Assembly (NCBI GenBank): GCA_963724765.1
Contig: CAVRVY010000002.1
Span: 384,001-448,000, forward strand
DNA: 64,000 nucleotides
Source: an uncultured delta proteobacterium
GTDB taxonomy: Bacteria > Desulfobacterota > Binatia > Binatales > Binataceae
Direction of reading: 5' to 3'
This document shows, one piece after another, positions 1-9,821 of this stretch. Made by a program: the position numbers and the translations under genes. Positions within the stretch are counted from its first letter, which is position 1. Each line of letters opens with the position of its first letter. The notes beneath the pieces are model-generated. The model worked only from the letters and a program-made list of their open reading frames with translations, made no database searches and was not told the DNA's origin.

Positions 1-1
1 C

Positions 2-598
2 CGGCGCTTCGTCGACGAAGGCGCCGACTTCCGCAATTACACTTACGCCAAGTATGGCCGCGTAGTTCTCGAGCAGCCGGGCCAGTTCGCCTGGCAGGTC
101 TTCGATCGCAAGGTGACGCATCTGTTGCGCGACGAGTACCGCATCAAGCGCGTGACCAAGGTCAGTGCCGACACGCTCGAGGCGCTGGCGGGCAAGCTCG
201 AGGACGTCGACGCGGCGGCTTTCCTGGACGAGGTCAAAACCTACAACGCCGCCGTCGACACCGGCGTCGAATTCAATCCGAATATCAAGGACGGGCGGCG
301 CACCCGCGGCCTTGCGGTCGACAAGACCAACTGGGCCAACACGATCGACACGCTGCCGTTCGAGGCCTACGCGGTGACCTGCGGCGTCACATTCACGTTC
401 GGCGGCCTGCGCGTCGATCAGCAGGCGCGCGTGATCAACACCGACGGCGATCCGATCGGCGGCCTGGCGGCGGCGGGCGAGCTGGTCGGCGGACTTTTTT
501 ACTTCAACTATCCAGGCGGCACCGGCTTGATGTCGGGTTCCGTGTTCGGGCGAATCGCGGGGACCAGCGCCGCGCGCGCCTCGCTCGAGCGCAAGTGA
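2..598 (+). CDS. tcuA: FAD-dependent tricarballylate dehydrogenase-like flavoprotein, C-terminal part (5' end outside window)
   Basis: Frame open from position 2: RFVDEGADFRNYTYAKYG ... TFTFGGL ... AAGELVGGLFYFNYPGGTGLMSGSVFGRIAG, typical of the TcuA/FAD_binding_2 C-terminus. Confidence 0.75.
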   Translation, partial: RRFVDEGADFRNYTYAKYGRVVLEQPGQFAWQVFDRKVTHLLRDEYRIKRVTKVSADTLEALAGKLEDVDAAAFLDEVKTYNAAVDTGVEFNPNIKDGRRTRGLAVDKTNWANTIDTLPFEAYAVTCGVTFTFGGLRVDQQARVINTDGDPIGGLAAAGELVGGLFYFNYPGGTGLMSGSVFGRIAGTSAARASLERK

Positions 599-622
599 CT
601 GCGTGCTCGGCGCCCCAATTCG

Positions 623-2053
623 CTACTTGCGGCTGTCCAGCAGGCGCGTGACGATGTCCTTGTATTCCCTGGCCATCGGCGAGCGGTAAAAGCGCTGGCG
701 CGTGAAGTACGGGTCGCCCGCGTAGAACCATTCGTATTGCAACTGGCGGCTGCCGAACTGCTCGCCGATCATGTCCCACGCGAGTTTGAAGAGTTGCACG
801 CGATCGCGCGCCGAGGCGTCCTTGCCGCGCAGATATTTTTCCAGGTAGCCGGCGATCTCGGGATTGGCGAAGTCCTTTTCGCTGGGCGTCATGATAAGGC
901 CGCTGCCGCTGACCTCGCGGATAACCTGGATCGCGCGCACCTGGCATTGCGGGATCAGCACCCATAGCGTCGCCGCGACCGATCGATGCGCCAACTGCTC
1001 GCGCCTGGCGGTCGCGACCTCCTGCGCCGCCGCGCGCACCAATCCGCCCACCAGCTCGACGTTGGCGATAAGCTCGCCCAACTGCGCCTGCACGTGAACC
1101 GCTTCGGTGCGACCGATCGTCTCGGCGATCTGGCAGGCGAGGCCAGCTAGCAGCTTCAGCTTCGCCAGCCCGCGGATGCATCCCTGGAGCTGCGCATAAC
1201 CGGGTCGGCGCACCAGGATGCTGTTGAAGATCGCGATGTCGCGATAGATGAACATCCGCTCCCACGGCACCGTCACGTCGTCGAAAACCGCGAGCGAGTC
1301 TTCCTCGTCGTAGTGCGAGCTCAGCGGGCGGTCGAAATCGCCGCGGCCAGTGTCGTAGGGCTCACGGCAGACGAACTTGAGACCCGGCGCGCCGCACGGG
1401 ATCGCGAAACAGAGCGTGTAGTCCTCCTCGCCCTCGCGCCGCGGATAAAACGGGCCTACCCATAGCTCGTTGGCGAAGGGCGCCAGCGTCGAGAGCATCT
1501 TGGCCCCGCGCACGACCACGCCCGCGTCGGTCTCGCGCACCACGCGGAGCACCAGGTAGGGGTCGGATTGCTCTGCCGGGCCGCGCGAGCGATCTACCTG
1601 CGGATCGACCAGCGTATGCGTCAGGCACCAGTCGCGCTCGCGGCATTCCTCGTAGTAGCGCCGCATGTTTTCGCCCAGGCGCGGGTCGCGCACGCCCAGG
1701 TCGGCGGCGCCGGCGGCGATATCGGTCAGCAACGCGTTGCAGAAATCCGGCATCCGCCCCATCAGGCCGTAAGTGAAATCGGCGCGCATCTGCTCGGCCC
1801 GGATGCGCTGCTCGACCTGCTCGACCGACCCGGCCATCAGGAAACTCGCCGCCACGCGATCGCCGCTTGTGGGCGAGCGAAAGGTCAGCTCCTCGGGATG
1901 CTCGTGCTGGAGGTCGTAGAGCGAGGCGAGCGTCGCGACGATGCCCTGAAACGGCGGATGAGCGGTCACGTCCTTGACCCGCTCGCCGCCGACGTAGACG
2001 ATGCGCTCGTCGCGCAGGCTCTCGACGAATTCCTTGCCGCTGCGGATTCCCAT
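623..2053 (-). CDS. 4-hydroxyphenylacetate 3-hydroxylase family oxygenase component (HpaB-like)
   Basis: 476 aa; GERVKDVTAHP, GLMGRMPDF, VDPQVDRS, PLSSHYDEEDS, FGSRQLQYEWFYAGDP motifs of the HpaB family. Confidence 0.9.
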   Translation of the reverse strand: MGIRSGKEFVESLRDERIVYVGGERVKDVTAHPPFQGIVATLASLYDLQHEHPEELTFRSPTSGDRVAASFLMAGSVEQVEQRIRAEQMRADFTYGLMGRMPDFCNALLTDIAAGAADLGVRDPRLGENMRRYYEECRERDWCLTHTLVDPQVDRSRGPAEQSDPYLVLRVVRETDAGVVVRGAKMLSTLAPFANELWVGPFYPRREGEEDYTLCFAIPCGAPGLKFVCREPYDTGRGDFDRPLSSHYDEEDSLAVFDDVTVPWERMFIYRDIAIFNSILVRRPGYAQLQGCIRGLAKLKLLAGLACQIAETIGRTEAVHVQAQLGELIANVELVGGLVRAAAQEVATARREQLAHRSVAATLWVLIPQCQVRAIQVIREVSGSGLIMTPSEKDFANPEIAGYLEKYLRGKDASARDRVQLFKLAWDMIGEQFGSRQLQYEWFYAGDPYFTRQRFYRSPMAREYKDIVTRLLDSRK

Positions 2054-2086
2054 CGCGTCTCCCGCCGTCCGCGTCTGGTGCGTCTC

Positions 2087-2599
2087 TTAGTGTGTCTGTT
2101 GGGCGCGGGCGAAGAAGGGCGCGAAATACTCGCGCAGGCTTGGCTCGTCGGAGGCGAAGTCAAGCTTGTCGAGTCCGAAGTACGGATCGCTCATCTTCGC
2201 GATCTCCTCGGGCGTGTTATCGACGTAGACCTCGAGCTGATTGCCGTCGGGATCGAGAAAATAGATGCTCCGCGTCACGCCGTGATTGACGGTGAAGCTG
2301 ATCGGCACGCCGCGCTGCTTGAACTCGCGATAGGCGGCGAGCAAATCCTCGGCGCTCTTGAGGCGGAAGGCGCAATGCGCGAGCCCCACGTCCCCCGGCT
2401 TGGGCGCGCCGGCGCCCTCGCCGACCTCGGCCAGAGCGATCTCGTGATGGTCGCGGCGATTGCTCGCCAGGAACACCATCTTGATCTCCGGCAGCTCCTT
2501 CATCACTTCGAGCCCCAGGACTTCAGTGTAGAAGGGGCGCGAACGCTCGAGGCTGCGCACCTTGAGTACGATGTGGCCGATCCGATCTGGACGAATCAT
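2087..2599 (-). CDS. VOC/glyoxalase family protein (extradiol dioxygenase-like)
   Basis: IGHIVLKV..SRPFYTEVLG, LAHCAF, SIYFLDPDGNQLE; start moved to ATG 2599, which has a GGAGG RBS. Confidence 0.85.
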   Translation of the reverse strand: MIRPDRIGHIVLKVRSLERSRPFYTEVLGLEVMKELPEIKMVFLASNRRDHHEIALAEVGEGAGAPKPGDVGLAHCAFRLKSAEDLLAAYREFKQRGVPISFTVNHGVTRSIYFLDPDGNQLEVYVDNTPEEIAKMSDPYFGLDKLDFASDEPSLREYFAPFFARAQQTH

Positions 2600-2662
2600 C
2601 GCAATCCTCCTTCCGCTCGTGCGCTCGGCTAAACGCATGCAAGCGTTCGCCGGCACGCGCGC

Positions 2663-3802
2663 TCAGTGCAGGTTATAGAGCCGTTTCGCGCCGCCCGCCA
2701 GCACCGCGGCTTCGGTCTCGGGCGGCATCCCCATCTTCTTGATCATTTTGGCCGCGCCCCAAAACCCGTCCAGATGCGGATAGTCGGTCGCCCACAGGAT
2801 GGTATCGGCGCCCAGGTAATCCGCGAGCAGCTTGAGGCTCCTTTCGACCGGCTCGAACGAGATGAAGCACTGGCGGCGATAGATCTCGCTCGGGCGCATC
2901 GAGAGCCCCGTGTCGTTCATGCCCTTGTCGTCGTAATGCCGATCCATCCGATCGAGCCATCCCGCCATCCAGCCGCCGCCCGATTCAAGGAAGGCGACGC
3001 GCAGGCGCGGAAACTTGTCGCACACTCCGCACATGATCATGCTGGTCGATGCCGCGATCATCTCGAACGTATGCGCGACCGCGTGGCGCACTGCGCCGCC
3101 GCGCTTGAACCGATCCATCGCGAGCGTCTCCTGACCGCTCTCGGAGCCGCCGTGGATGCCGATGGCGAAGTCGAGTTCCTGCGCCTCCTCCCATAGCGGA
3201 TAGTAGTCGCGGTCGTGGAGCGGGCGGTCGTTATACGGATTAGGCCGCACGAAGCCGGTGCGAAACCCCAGTTCGCGCCGGACGAAACGCAGTTCGTCGA
3301 TGATTTGTGGGACCGATGACTGCATCGGCAGCATCGCCGCGCCAAACAGCCGGTCGGGGTAGGGCTTGCAGTAATCCGCGAGCCAGCGGTTGTAGGCGCG
3401 GCAGGCCGCCGCCGCGGCGTCCGGGTCTTTCATCCCGCCCAGGAACAGGCCCAGGCTCGGGTAGAGGAAGGCGGCGTCGATTCCTTCGCGGTCCATGTCG
3501 ACGATGCGCGCGTGCGGATCGAAACCGCCCTTGCGCCCTTCGAGGTACGGCATGCGCGTGTCGACCTCGCCGTCGCGCGAGCCGATCGAGCCGAGCACGC
3601 CGAGCGTCGCTGGCTCCTTGCCGCGGCGCCGCAGGCCGAAGTCGAAGCTTTCGTCGACGAAGAAGCTCTCGTTGCCTTCGGCGTCGATGACGAGCTTGGG
3701 GCAGTGGTCGCGGTACTTGGGGTCGATGTACCGTTCCCACAGATCGGGCGGCTCCAGAATGTGGCCGTCCGCGTCGATGACGTTGTATATACGGGCCCTC
3801 AC
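2663..3802 (-). CDS. Amidohydrolase_2 family metallo-hydrolase/decarboxylase
   Basis: IDADGHILEP, FLESGGGW, WATDYPHLD motifs; likely start GTG 3802 (the longer ORF overlaps the upstream gene). Confidence 0.88.
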   Translation of the reverse strand: MRARIYNVIDADGHILEPPDLWERYIDPKYRDHCPKLVIDAEGNESFFVDESFDFGLRRRGKEPATLGVLGSIGSRDGEVDTRMPYLEGRKGGFDPHARIVDMDREGIDAAFLYPSLGLFLGGMKDPDAAAAACRAYNRWLADYCKPYPDRLFGAAMLPMQSSVPQIIDELRFVRRELGFRTGFVRPNPYNDRPLHDRDYYPLWEEAQELDFAIGIHGGSESGQETLAMDRFKRGGAVRHAVAHTFEMIAASTSMIMCGVCDKFPRLRVAFLESGGGWMAGWLDRMDRHYDDKGMNDTGLSMRPSEIYRRQCFISFEPVERSLKLLADYLGADTILWATDYPHLDGFWGAAKMIKKMGMPPETEAAVLAGGAKRLYNLH

Positions 3803-3894
3803 ATACACCTCGTTGCGGAAGACGTTATGTTTGAAGCTTAGCAAAGCGCCGCGCGCCGGGTATACAGAATGTAGCGATCTGCGTGGCGTGCCGG

Positions 3895-5019
3895 TCAGCC
3901 CCAGATCTCGCGCGCGACCTCCACGCACAGCCGGATTTTCGCCGCCTCGTCCTCGACCGTGACCTTGTTGCCCGGCGCCGTGCTGGCGAAACCGCATTGT
4001 GGGCTTAGCGAGAGCTGGTCGAGGCCGATATATTTCGCGGCCTCGTCGATACGCATCTTGAGCAGCTCCTTGGGTTCGAGCTCGGGGAACTTGGAGCTGA
4101 TCAGTCCCAGCACGACGGTCTTGTGCCTGGGCACCAGGCGCAGCGGCTCGAAAGTGCCGGCGCGCGGCGTGTCGTATTCGAGGAAATAGGAATCGACGTT
4201 GATCTTGTTGAACAGCGTGTCGGCGACCAGGTCGTAGCCGCCCTCGGCGCTCCAGTGGCTCTGATTGTTGCCGCGGCAGATATGCATCGCGAGATGCAGC
4301 CCGGCCGGGCGTCCCGCGAACGCCGCGTTCATGATCTCGGGGTAGGTTTCGAGCAGGAGCTTGCGGCCGTCGTCGCCGCGGCGCGCAAGATACGTCCAGC
4401 TCGAGGTGTCACTCAGCGAGGCAAGCGTAGTCTCGTCGATCTGCACGTAACGGCATCCGGCCTCGTAAAGCGCGGCAAGCTCCTTGCGAAAGGCGTCGAC
4501 CACGTCCTCCCAGAAAAGATCGAGCTCGGGATACGCCTCGCGGCTGATATGCTCGCGCCCGGAGCGGAGATGCAGAATGGTGGGTGAGGGGATGGTCATC
4601 TTGGGCGTGCGCGAGGTGAGCGAGCGGAGAAACTTGAACTCGGCGGCGTGAATCGGCGCCTTCCATTTGAGCCGCGCCTCGACGGTCGGAATTATCAGCG
4701 GCAGCTTGTGCCCCTGGCGATCGACGAAGGCCCATTCCTGACCCGAGGTGTCGTAGGTTGCAGAGACCCCGCCCAGTCCGCCGTAAAAGCCCATGTAAAA
4801 TACCGCGCGCCGGTACTCGCCGTCGGTTATCGATTGGAGTCCGAGGCTTTCCTGGAAGTTGACCACGTCGCGAATCGCGGCGTCCTCGACCGCGCGGAGA
4901 TCCGTGGCGGAAAGTTTGCCGGCTTCGCGATCGGCGCGCGCGCTCAACAGTTGCGGCGGTCTAAGGAAACTGCCGACGTGATCGGCGCGAAACGGCGGAT
5001 TGTGCGGTGCGGACGCCAT
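3895..5019 (-). CDS. Cobalamin-independent methionine synthase II family (MetE-like, single barrel)
   Basis: RADHVGSFLRP, TDGEYRR, HICRGN, LEYD, LSPQCGFAS (His/Cys/Glu/Cys Zn ligands); GGAGG RBS. Confidence 0.9.
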   Translation of the reverse strand: MASAPHNPPFRADHVGSFLRPPQLLSARADREAGKLSATDLRAVEDAAIRDVVNFQESLGLQSITDGEYRRAVFYMGFYGGLGGVSATYDTSGQEWAFVDRQGHKLPLIIPTVEARLKWKAPIHAAEFKFLRSLTSRTPKMTIPSPTILHLRSGREHISREAYPELDLFWEDVVDAFRKELAALYEAGCRYVQIDETTLASLSDTSSWTYLARRGDDGRKLLLETYPEIMNAAFAGRPAGLHLAMHICRGNNQSHWSAEGGYDLVADTLFNKINVDSYFLEYDTPRAGTFEPLRLVPRHKTVVLGLISSKFPELEPKELLKMRIDEAAKYIGLDQLSLSPQCGFASTAPGNKVTVEDEAAKIRLCVEVAREIWG

Positions 5020-5209
5020 ACGATACCTCCCGTCCGGAGACTCGACGCGTTGCGGCGCGTGATCGATTCGATGATCCGATTTCGATGATCCGATTCGCTT
5101 GTAATACTAAGACTCAACGCGTGCGATTGAAAACCGGTTGCGCCCGCTTGCGCGGCGAGTCTGGCGCGATGAACTCTACATCGATGAGCTTGCACGCTGA
5201 GTCTGACTA

Positions 5210-6547
5210 GTGGCTGAAACAGAATTTCGCGCCGCCCGGCCCGATGAACTCCCCGGGCATGAGGCATCTTCGTGGCGTCCGCGATGGCTCAATCGCAACC
5301 TGGTCTGCCTGTTCGCGGGACGCGGGCTGCGCAGCGCCTCACAGGCCTACCTGGTGATTGTGGTGCCGCTCTATCTCGCGGCGCTCGGCTACAACGCTAC
5401 GCATATCGGATTGATGTTCGCGATCGTGGCGATGGCCAGCGCCGTGATGGCCGCGCTCACCGGGATCATGTCGGACCGCTTCGGGCGCAAGGCGATGCTT
5501 ATCGTGATCTCGCTGATGACTGCGGCGGGCGGCGCGGTGTTCGCCTTCTCGACCAGCTTTGTTGTGCTGACGGTGGCCGCGGCCTTAGGCACGATCGGCC
5601 GCGGTGGCGGGGCCGGGAGCGCCGGCGCATTCGGTCCCTATTATCCCGCTGAGCAGCCGCTGATCGCCGAGCAGGTTTCCGACTTCGATCGCACCACGGT
5701 CTTCGGCGCGCTGTCATTCGTCGCGGTGCTCGGGGGCGCGGCCGGATCGCTGCTCGCATGGACGCCGCGGCTGATGCAACTGGGCTTCGGGTGGCCAATT
5801 GTCGAGGGCTACCGCGCGCTGTTCATCCTGACGGCCGCGCTTGGGCTCGCGATGGTGGCGGTGGTGATACCCGTGCGCGAGTATCACAGCGCACCGGGAG
5901 CGCCTCGGCACGAAAGGGCGCGGACCGGCCCACTGTTACTCGGGCTTTCGCGCGCTTCGTGGCGGCTGGTCTCGCGCTTCATGGTCACCGCCGCGACCAA
6001 TGGGCTTGCGATCGGGATGCTCGGGCCGCTGCTGGTCTACTGGTTCTACCGTCGCTTCGGGGTCGACGCGGCGGAAATCGGCAAGCTGTATTTCGTGCTC
6101 AACCTGGTCGCCGCCGCGCCCTACCTGCTGGCGGGGCGGATGGCCGCGCGGTTCGGCTCGGTGAAAGCGGTCGTTTTTTGCCGTGCGGTCGCCTCAGTAT
6201 TGCTCGGGGTGATGGTAGTGATGCCGAGCTTCTGGCTGGCGGGTCTGCTGTATGGCGCGCGGATGATTTTCAACACGCTCTCGATCCCGGTGCGCCAGTC
6301 ATTCCTGATGGGCGTGATTCCGCCCGCCGAGCGCTCCGCCGCGGCCGGGATGGCGAGCTTTCCCGCGCAGGTCGGCTCATCGATAAGCCCGTACATGGCA
6401 GGCTATCTGATGCAGCAGGTGTCGCTGGAGTTGCCGCTTGAACTGGCAGCGCTGCTCCAGGCGCTGAACGCGACGCTCTACTATTTCTTTTTTCGCGCGG
6501 TGCGGCCGCCCGAAGAAATCAGCGCCGACACCGGCGAGCGACTGTGA
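5210..6547 (+). CDS. MFS transporter
   Basis: About 12 hydrophobic segments; motif A GIMSDRFGRK. Confidence 0.88.
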   Translation: MAETEFRAARPDELPGHEASSWRPRWLNRNLVCLFAGRGLRSASQAYLVIVVPLYLAALGYNATHIGLMFAIVAMASAVMAALTGIMSDRFGRKAMLIVISLMTAAGGAVFAFSTSFVVLTVAAALGTIGRGGGAGSAGAFGPYYPAEQPLIAEQVSDFDRTTVFGALSFVAVLGGAAGSLLAWTPRLMQLGFGWPIVEGYRALFILTAALGLAMVAVVIPVREYHSAPGAPRHERARTGPLLLGLSRASWRLVSRFMVTAATNGLAIGMLGPLLVYWFYRRFGVDAAEIGKLYFVLNLVAAAPYLLAGRMAARFGSVKAVVFCRAVASVLLGVMVVMPSFWLAGLLYGARMIFNTLSIPVRQSFLMGVIPPAERSAAAGMASFPAQVGSSISPYMAGYLMQQVSLELPLELAALLQALNATLYYFFFRAVRPPEEISADTGERL

Positions 6548-6651
6548 GCCATCCCGCCAGTGCCGGCACTGTTAGACCCGGTGGCCGACCATTCGGAGAT
6601 TAGTTGCCGTCTGTTCGAAGATTAATTGCTGGCTGTTCGAGAGTTGCCGAG

Positions 6652-6831
6652 TTACGCGGCCCAGCGAGGCGAACGATCACCAGATTGTGCCTTCACGTCA
6701 GACAGGTTCACTGCCAGTTCGGTGGCATCGCGCCTCTCGAAACGTCCGGGCTCAAGCAGATAGCCAAGGAATGATCCGATCACGGAGATGATCACGATAC
6801 CGAGCAGAAGCACTGGAACTGAATTAACCAT
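6652..6831 (-). CDS. Small single-pass membrane protein, 59 aa (not in ORF track)
   Basis: Translated by hand: MVNSVPVLLLGIVIISVIGSFLGYLLEPGRFERRDATELAVNLSDVKAQSGDRSPRWAA; GGAGG RBS 8 nt upstream of the ATG. Confidence 0.6.
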   Translation of the reverse strand: MVNSVPVLLLGIVIISVIGSFLGYLLEPGRFERRDATELAVNLSDVKAQSGDRSPRWAA

Positions 6832-6889
6832 TTTCGTCGCCTCCCTGTTGTATAACCCCGCGCCGACGCTGCCGTGAATCCGGATGCGC

Positions 6890-7114
6890 CTACGCCGCCT
6901 CGCGGTTTGCGCGCCGCGACACTATAGCGATCGAGCGCGTCGCTCGATTTTTCTCGCTCGCCGGCCGGCACGCGATCGCGCATACGGACGGCAGTCCGAA
7001 CATGCCCATCGGGTCGGCCCGCCGCGGATTGAAGATCGATCCGAACAGCACGACAGCCGCGCCGACGAGAATCAAACCCAAAGTAAACATCTGAATCAAA
7101 GCCCCGATAACCAC
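6890..7114 (-). CDS. Small single-pass membrane protein, about 74 aa
   Basis: N-terminal hydrophobic stretch (IGALIQMFTLGLILVGAAVVLFGSIF); purine-rich RBS upstream of GTG 7114. Confidence 0.5.
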   Translation of the reverse strand: MVIGALIQMFTLGLILVGAAVVLFGSIFNPRRADPMGMFGLPSVCAIACRPASEKNRATRSIAIVSRRANREAA

Positions 7115-7530
7115 GAATCTCTTTCTCCCTCTTCCTCTGTTCGGTTGGAGATACAGCATCGATCGTGCCATTCGCGCTGCTGCGGTGCAGATGTGGAAAA
7201 CCTCGAATTATGGCTAGATTTCGGGAGCGCGCGGGAATCGCGAATGCAGCCTGATGCATGCGAACCTTTGCGAAACGCGAATCAGATCGCGAAACGGGAA
7301 GGATCGCGAAGAATCGCGAATGCCAACAGCCTTTAGGCACTAAACTCATACGCCGCCGCCATCAACCTGTTACGGGCTCGTGATCGAGCCGCGCCAAGCC
7401 CACTGCACGCACATCGTTGAACAACGGACTCTTGATAGCCGAGCCGCCCTTGGCTGGACGCGGACGGCGCGGCGAGTAATTCTTGGCTGCCGAGGGCGGA
7501 GCGCGTTGCGCTCGCCAAGTGGGGCGGCAA

Positions 7531-9711
7531 GTGGCGGAAACGGGCGAGCAGATCGAACTTCTGATAGAGGGCACGCTGGACCAGCTGCTCTACGTCAACG
7601 AGCAGAGCGGCTATGCGGTCGCGGTGCTCGAGCGTAGCGATGAAGACCTGCGTCGCCGCGTTACCGTGGTCGGCAGCCTGGCCGGGCTCGACGTCGGCGC
7701 GGGCCTGCGCCTGCGCGGCCGCTTCGAGCGCCATCCCAAGTACGGCGAGCAATTCCGGGTCGAGGATTTCGAGACCGTTCGCCCGGCCTCGGTGGCCGCG
7801 CTCGAGCGCTACCTCGCCGGCGAGATAAAGGGTGTCGGACCCGCGCTCGCGCGGCGGATCGCTGAGCATTTCGGCGAGGCGCTGCCGGGCGTGCTCGACG
7901 AGACGCCCGAGCGCTTGCGCGAGGTGCGCGGCCTCGGCGCGGTGGTGGCCGCGCGAATCGCCGTGACGTGGCGCGATTCCTCGGGCCTCCGCGAGCTCAC
8001 GGTTTTTCTGCGGGGCAACGGGATCGCCGCCGGCCACGCCCGGCGCATCCACAAGATGTACGGGCGCGACTCGCTCGAGACGGTGCGGCGCGACCCCTAC
8101 GTGCTCGCACGCACCATCGCGGGCATCGGCTTTCGCACCGCCGACACGGTGGCCGAGAAACTCGGCATCCCCAAAAACTCGATCCAGCGCGCGCGCGCCG
8201 CGATGGTCTTCCTGCTCGAGCGGATGGCCGAAGAGGGTCACGTCTTCGCGCCCTTCGGCTATCTCGAACATCAGTTCGCCGCAGGGCTCGAGATGGACCC
8301 GCAGCTTGCCTCGCAGGCGGTCGAAGAGCTGGTCGAAACCGGCGAGCTGGTGGCGGAAGATCTCGGCGGCGACGGCAATCGCGCGATTTATTTGCGCCGC
8401 CTGCACGACGCCGAGACCGCGGTGGCGGAGCGGATGCGGCGGCTGACGCTGGGGCGTCCGATGGGCCGCGCGGTGGTCGAGCGCGCGATGGAAGCGGCCG
8501 GGAGCGCCGGCGGCGTCGAGCTCTCGGCCGAGCAGCGCTCGGCGCTCCGCTGCGCGTTGCAGAGCAAAGTCACCGTGATCACCGGTGGCCCCGGCACCGG
8601 CAAGACCACGCTCCTGCGCTCGCTGCTGGCGGCGCTTTCCAGCGCCGGCGTCAAGGCGACGCTCGCCGCGCCCACCGGACGCGCCGCGCGCCGGCTCGCG
8701 GAAGCCTGCGGACGCGAGGCCAAGACCATCCATCGCCTGCTCGAATACTCACCCGAGTCGGGCGGCTTCATCCGCGGCGAGGCTTTTCCGTTGCGCACCA
8801 CGTGGCTGGTCATCGACGAGGCCTCGATGATGGACCTCGAGCTCGCGGCGAGCCTTTTGGCGGCGCTGCCGCCCGATTGCTCGCTGCTGCTGGTCGGCGA
8901 CCGCGACCAGTTGCCCTCGGTCGGGCCGGGGAGCGTGCTCAAGGACGTAATCGCTTCGGGCTTGGTGCCGGTGGTCGAGCTGAGCCAGATCTATCGCCAG
9001 GCGCGCGCGAGCCTGATCGTCGCCAACGCGCATCGCCTGAACCGCGGCGAGATGCCCGAGACCGCCAACGATCCCGAGGGCGATTTCTTTTTCTTCGAAC
9101 GCGGCGCGCCGGAAGACGTCGTCGCGACCATCAAGCAACTGGTGCAGCATCGCCTCCTCGGCGATCGCTTCGAGCTGCGCGACCCGCGCGAAATCCAGGT
9201 GCTCGCGCCGATGAACCGCGGGCCGCTCGGCGCCCACGCGCTCAACCATGAGCTGCAAGGGCTGCTGAATCCGGCCGGGCATGAAATTCGCGCCGGCGAT
9301 CGGGCGCTCCGCGTGGGCGACCGCGTCATCCAGTTGCGCAACAACTACGACAAGCTGGTCTTCAACGGCGAGATCGGACGCATCGTGGCGGTCGATCCCG
9401 AGCGCGGCCGCGTCGGCGTGGCCTTCGAGGACAATCACGCGGAATACGATATCGCCGAGCTCGACGAGCTGGCGCTGGCCTACGCCATCTCGGTGCACAA
9501 GAGCCAGGGTAGCCAATACCCCGCAGTCGTCATCCCGCTCCATCCGAGTCACTACCTGATGCTGCGGCGCAACCTGCTCTATACGGCGATCACGCGCGCC
9601 GAGCGGGTGTGCGTGTTGGTCGGCACGCGGAGCGCGCTGATGCAGGCGGTACGCAACGTCGACGAGCGCCGCCGCTTCAGCCGCCTGGCCGACCGCCTGC
9701 GGATCGATTAG
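7531..9711 (+). CDS. recD2: ATP-dependent RecD-like DNA helicase (SF1B)
   Basis: HPKYGEQF, HhH repeats, GGPGTGKTT, VIDEASM, VGDRDQLPSVGPG, YAISVHKSQGSQ, LYTAITRA; start at GTG 7531 is approximate. Confidence 0.95.
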   Translation: MAETGEQIELLIEGTLDQLLYVNEQSGYAVAVLERSDEDLRRRVTVVGSLAGLDVGAGLRLRGRFERHPKYGEQFRVEDFETVRPASVAALERYLAGEIKGVGPALARRIAEHFGEALPGVLDETPERLREVRGLGAVVAARIAVTWRDSSGLRELTVFLRGNGIAAGHARRIHKMYGRDSLETVRRDPYVLARTIAGIGFRTADTVAEKLGIPKNSIQRARAAMVFLLERMAEEGHVFAPFGYLEHQFAAGLEMDPQLASQAVEELVETGELVAEDLGGDGNRAIYLRRLHDAETAVAERMRRLTLGRPMGRAVVERAMEAAGSAGGVELSAEQRSALRCALQSKVTVITGGPGTGKTTLLRSLLAALSSAGVKATLAAPTGRAARRLAEACGREAKTIHRLLEYSPESGGFIRGEAFPLRTTWLVIDEASMMDLELAASLLAALPPDCSLLLVGDRDQLPSVGPGSVLKDVIASGLVPVVELSQIYRQARASLIVANAHRLNRGEMPETANDPEGDFFFFERGAPEDVVATIKQLVQHRLLGDRFELRDPREIQVLAPMNRGPLGAHALNHELQGLLNPAGHEIRAGDRALRVGDRVIQLRNNYDKLVFNGEIGRIVAVDPERGRVGVAFEDNHAEYDIAELDELALAYAISVHKSQGSQYPAVVIPLHPSHYLMLRRNLLYTAITRAERVCVLVGTRSALMQAVRNVDERRRFSRLADRLRID

Positions 9712-9821
9712 GGCCGAGGTTACCGGGAGATTGCCGTCGTGCGGAACTCATGTTGAGATTCATCGAACCATTAAGCGAAAGCGACTTGCCTGAATCGGAT
9801 CGTCGGAGAAGGAATTCTTAG

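Noticed and set aside
5061-5097. TCGATGATCCGATT tandem duplication in an intergenic region
   Set aside because: Only two short copies; no supportable function
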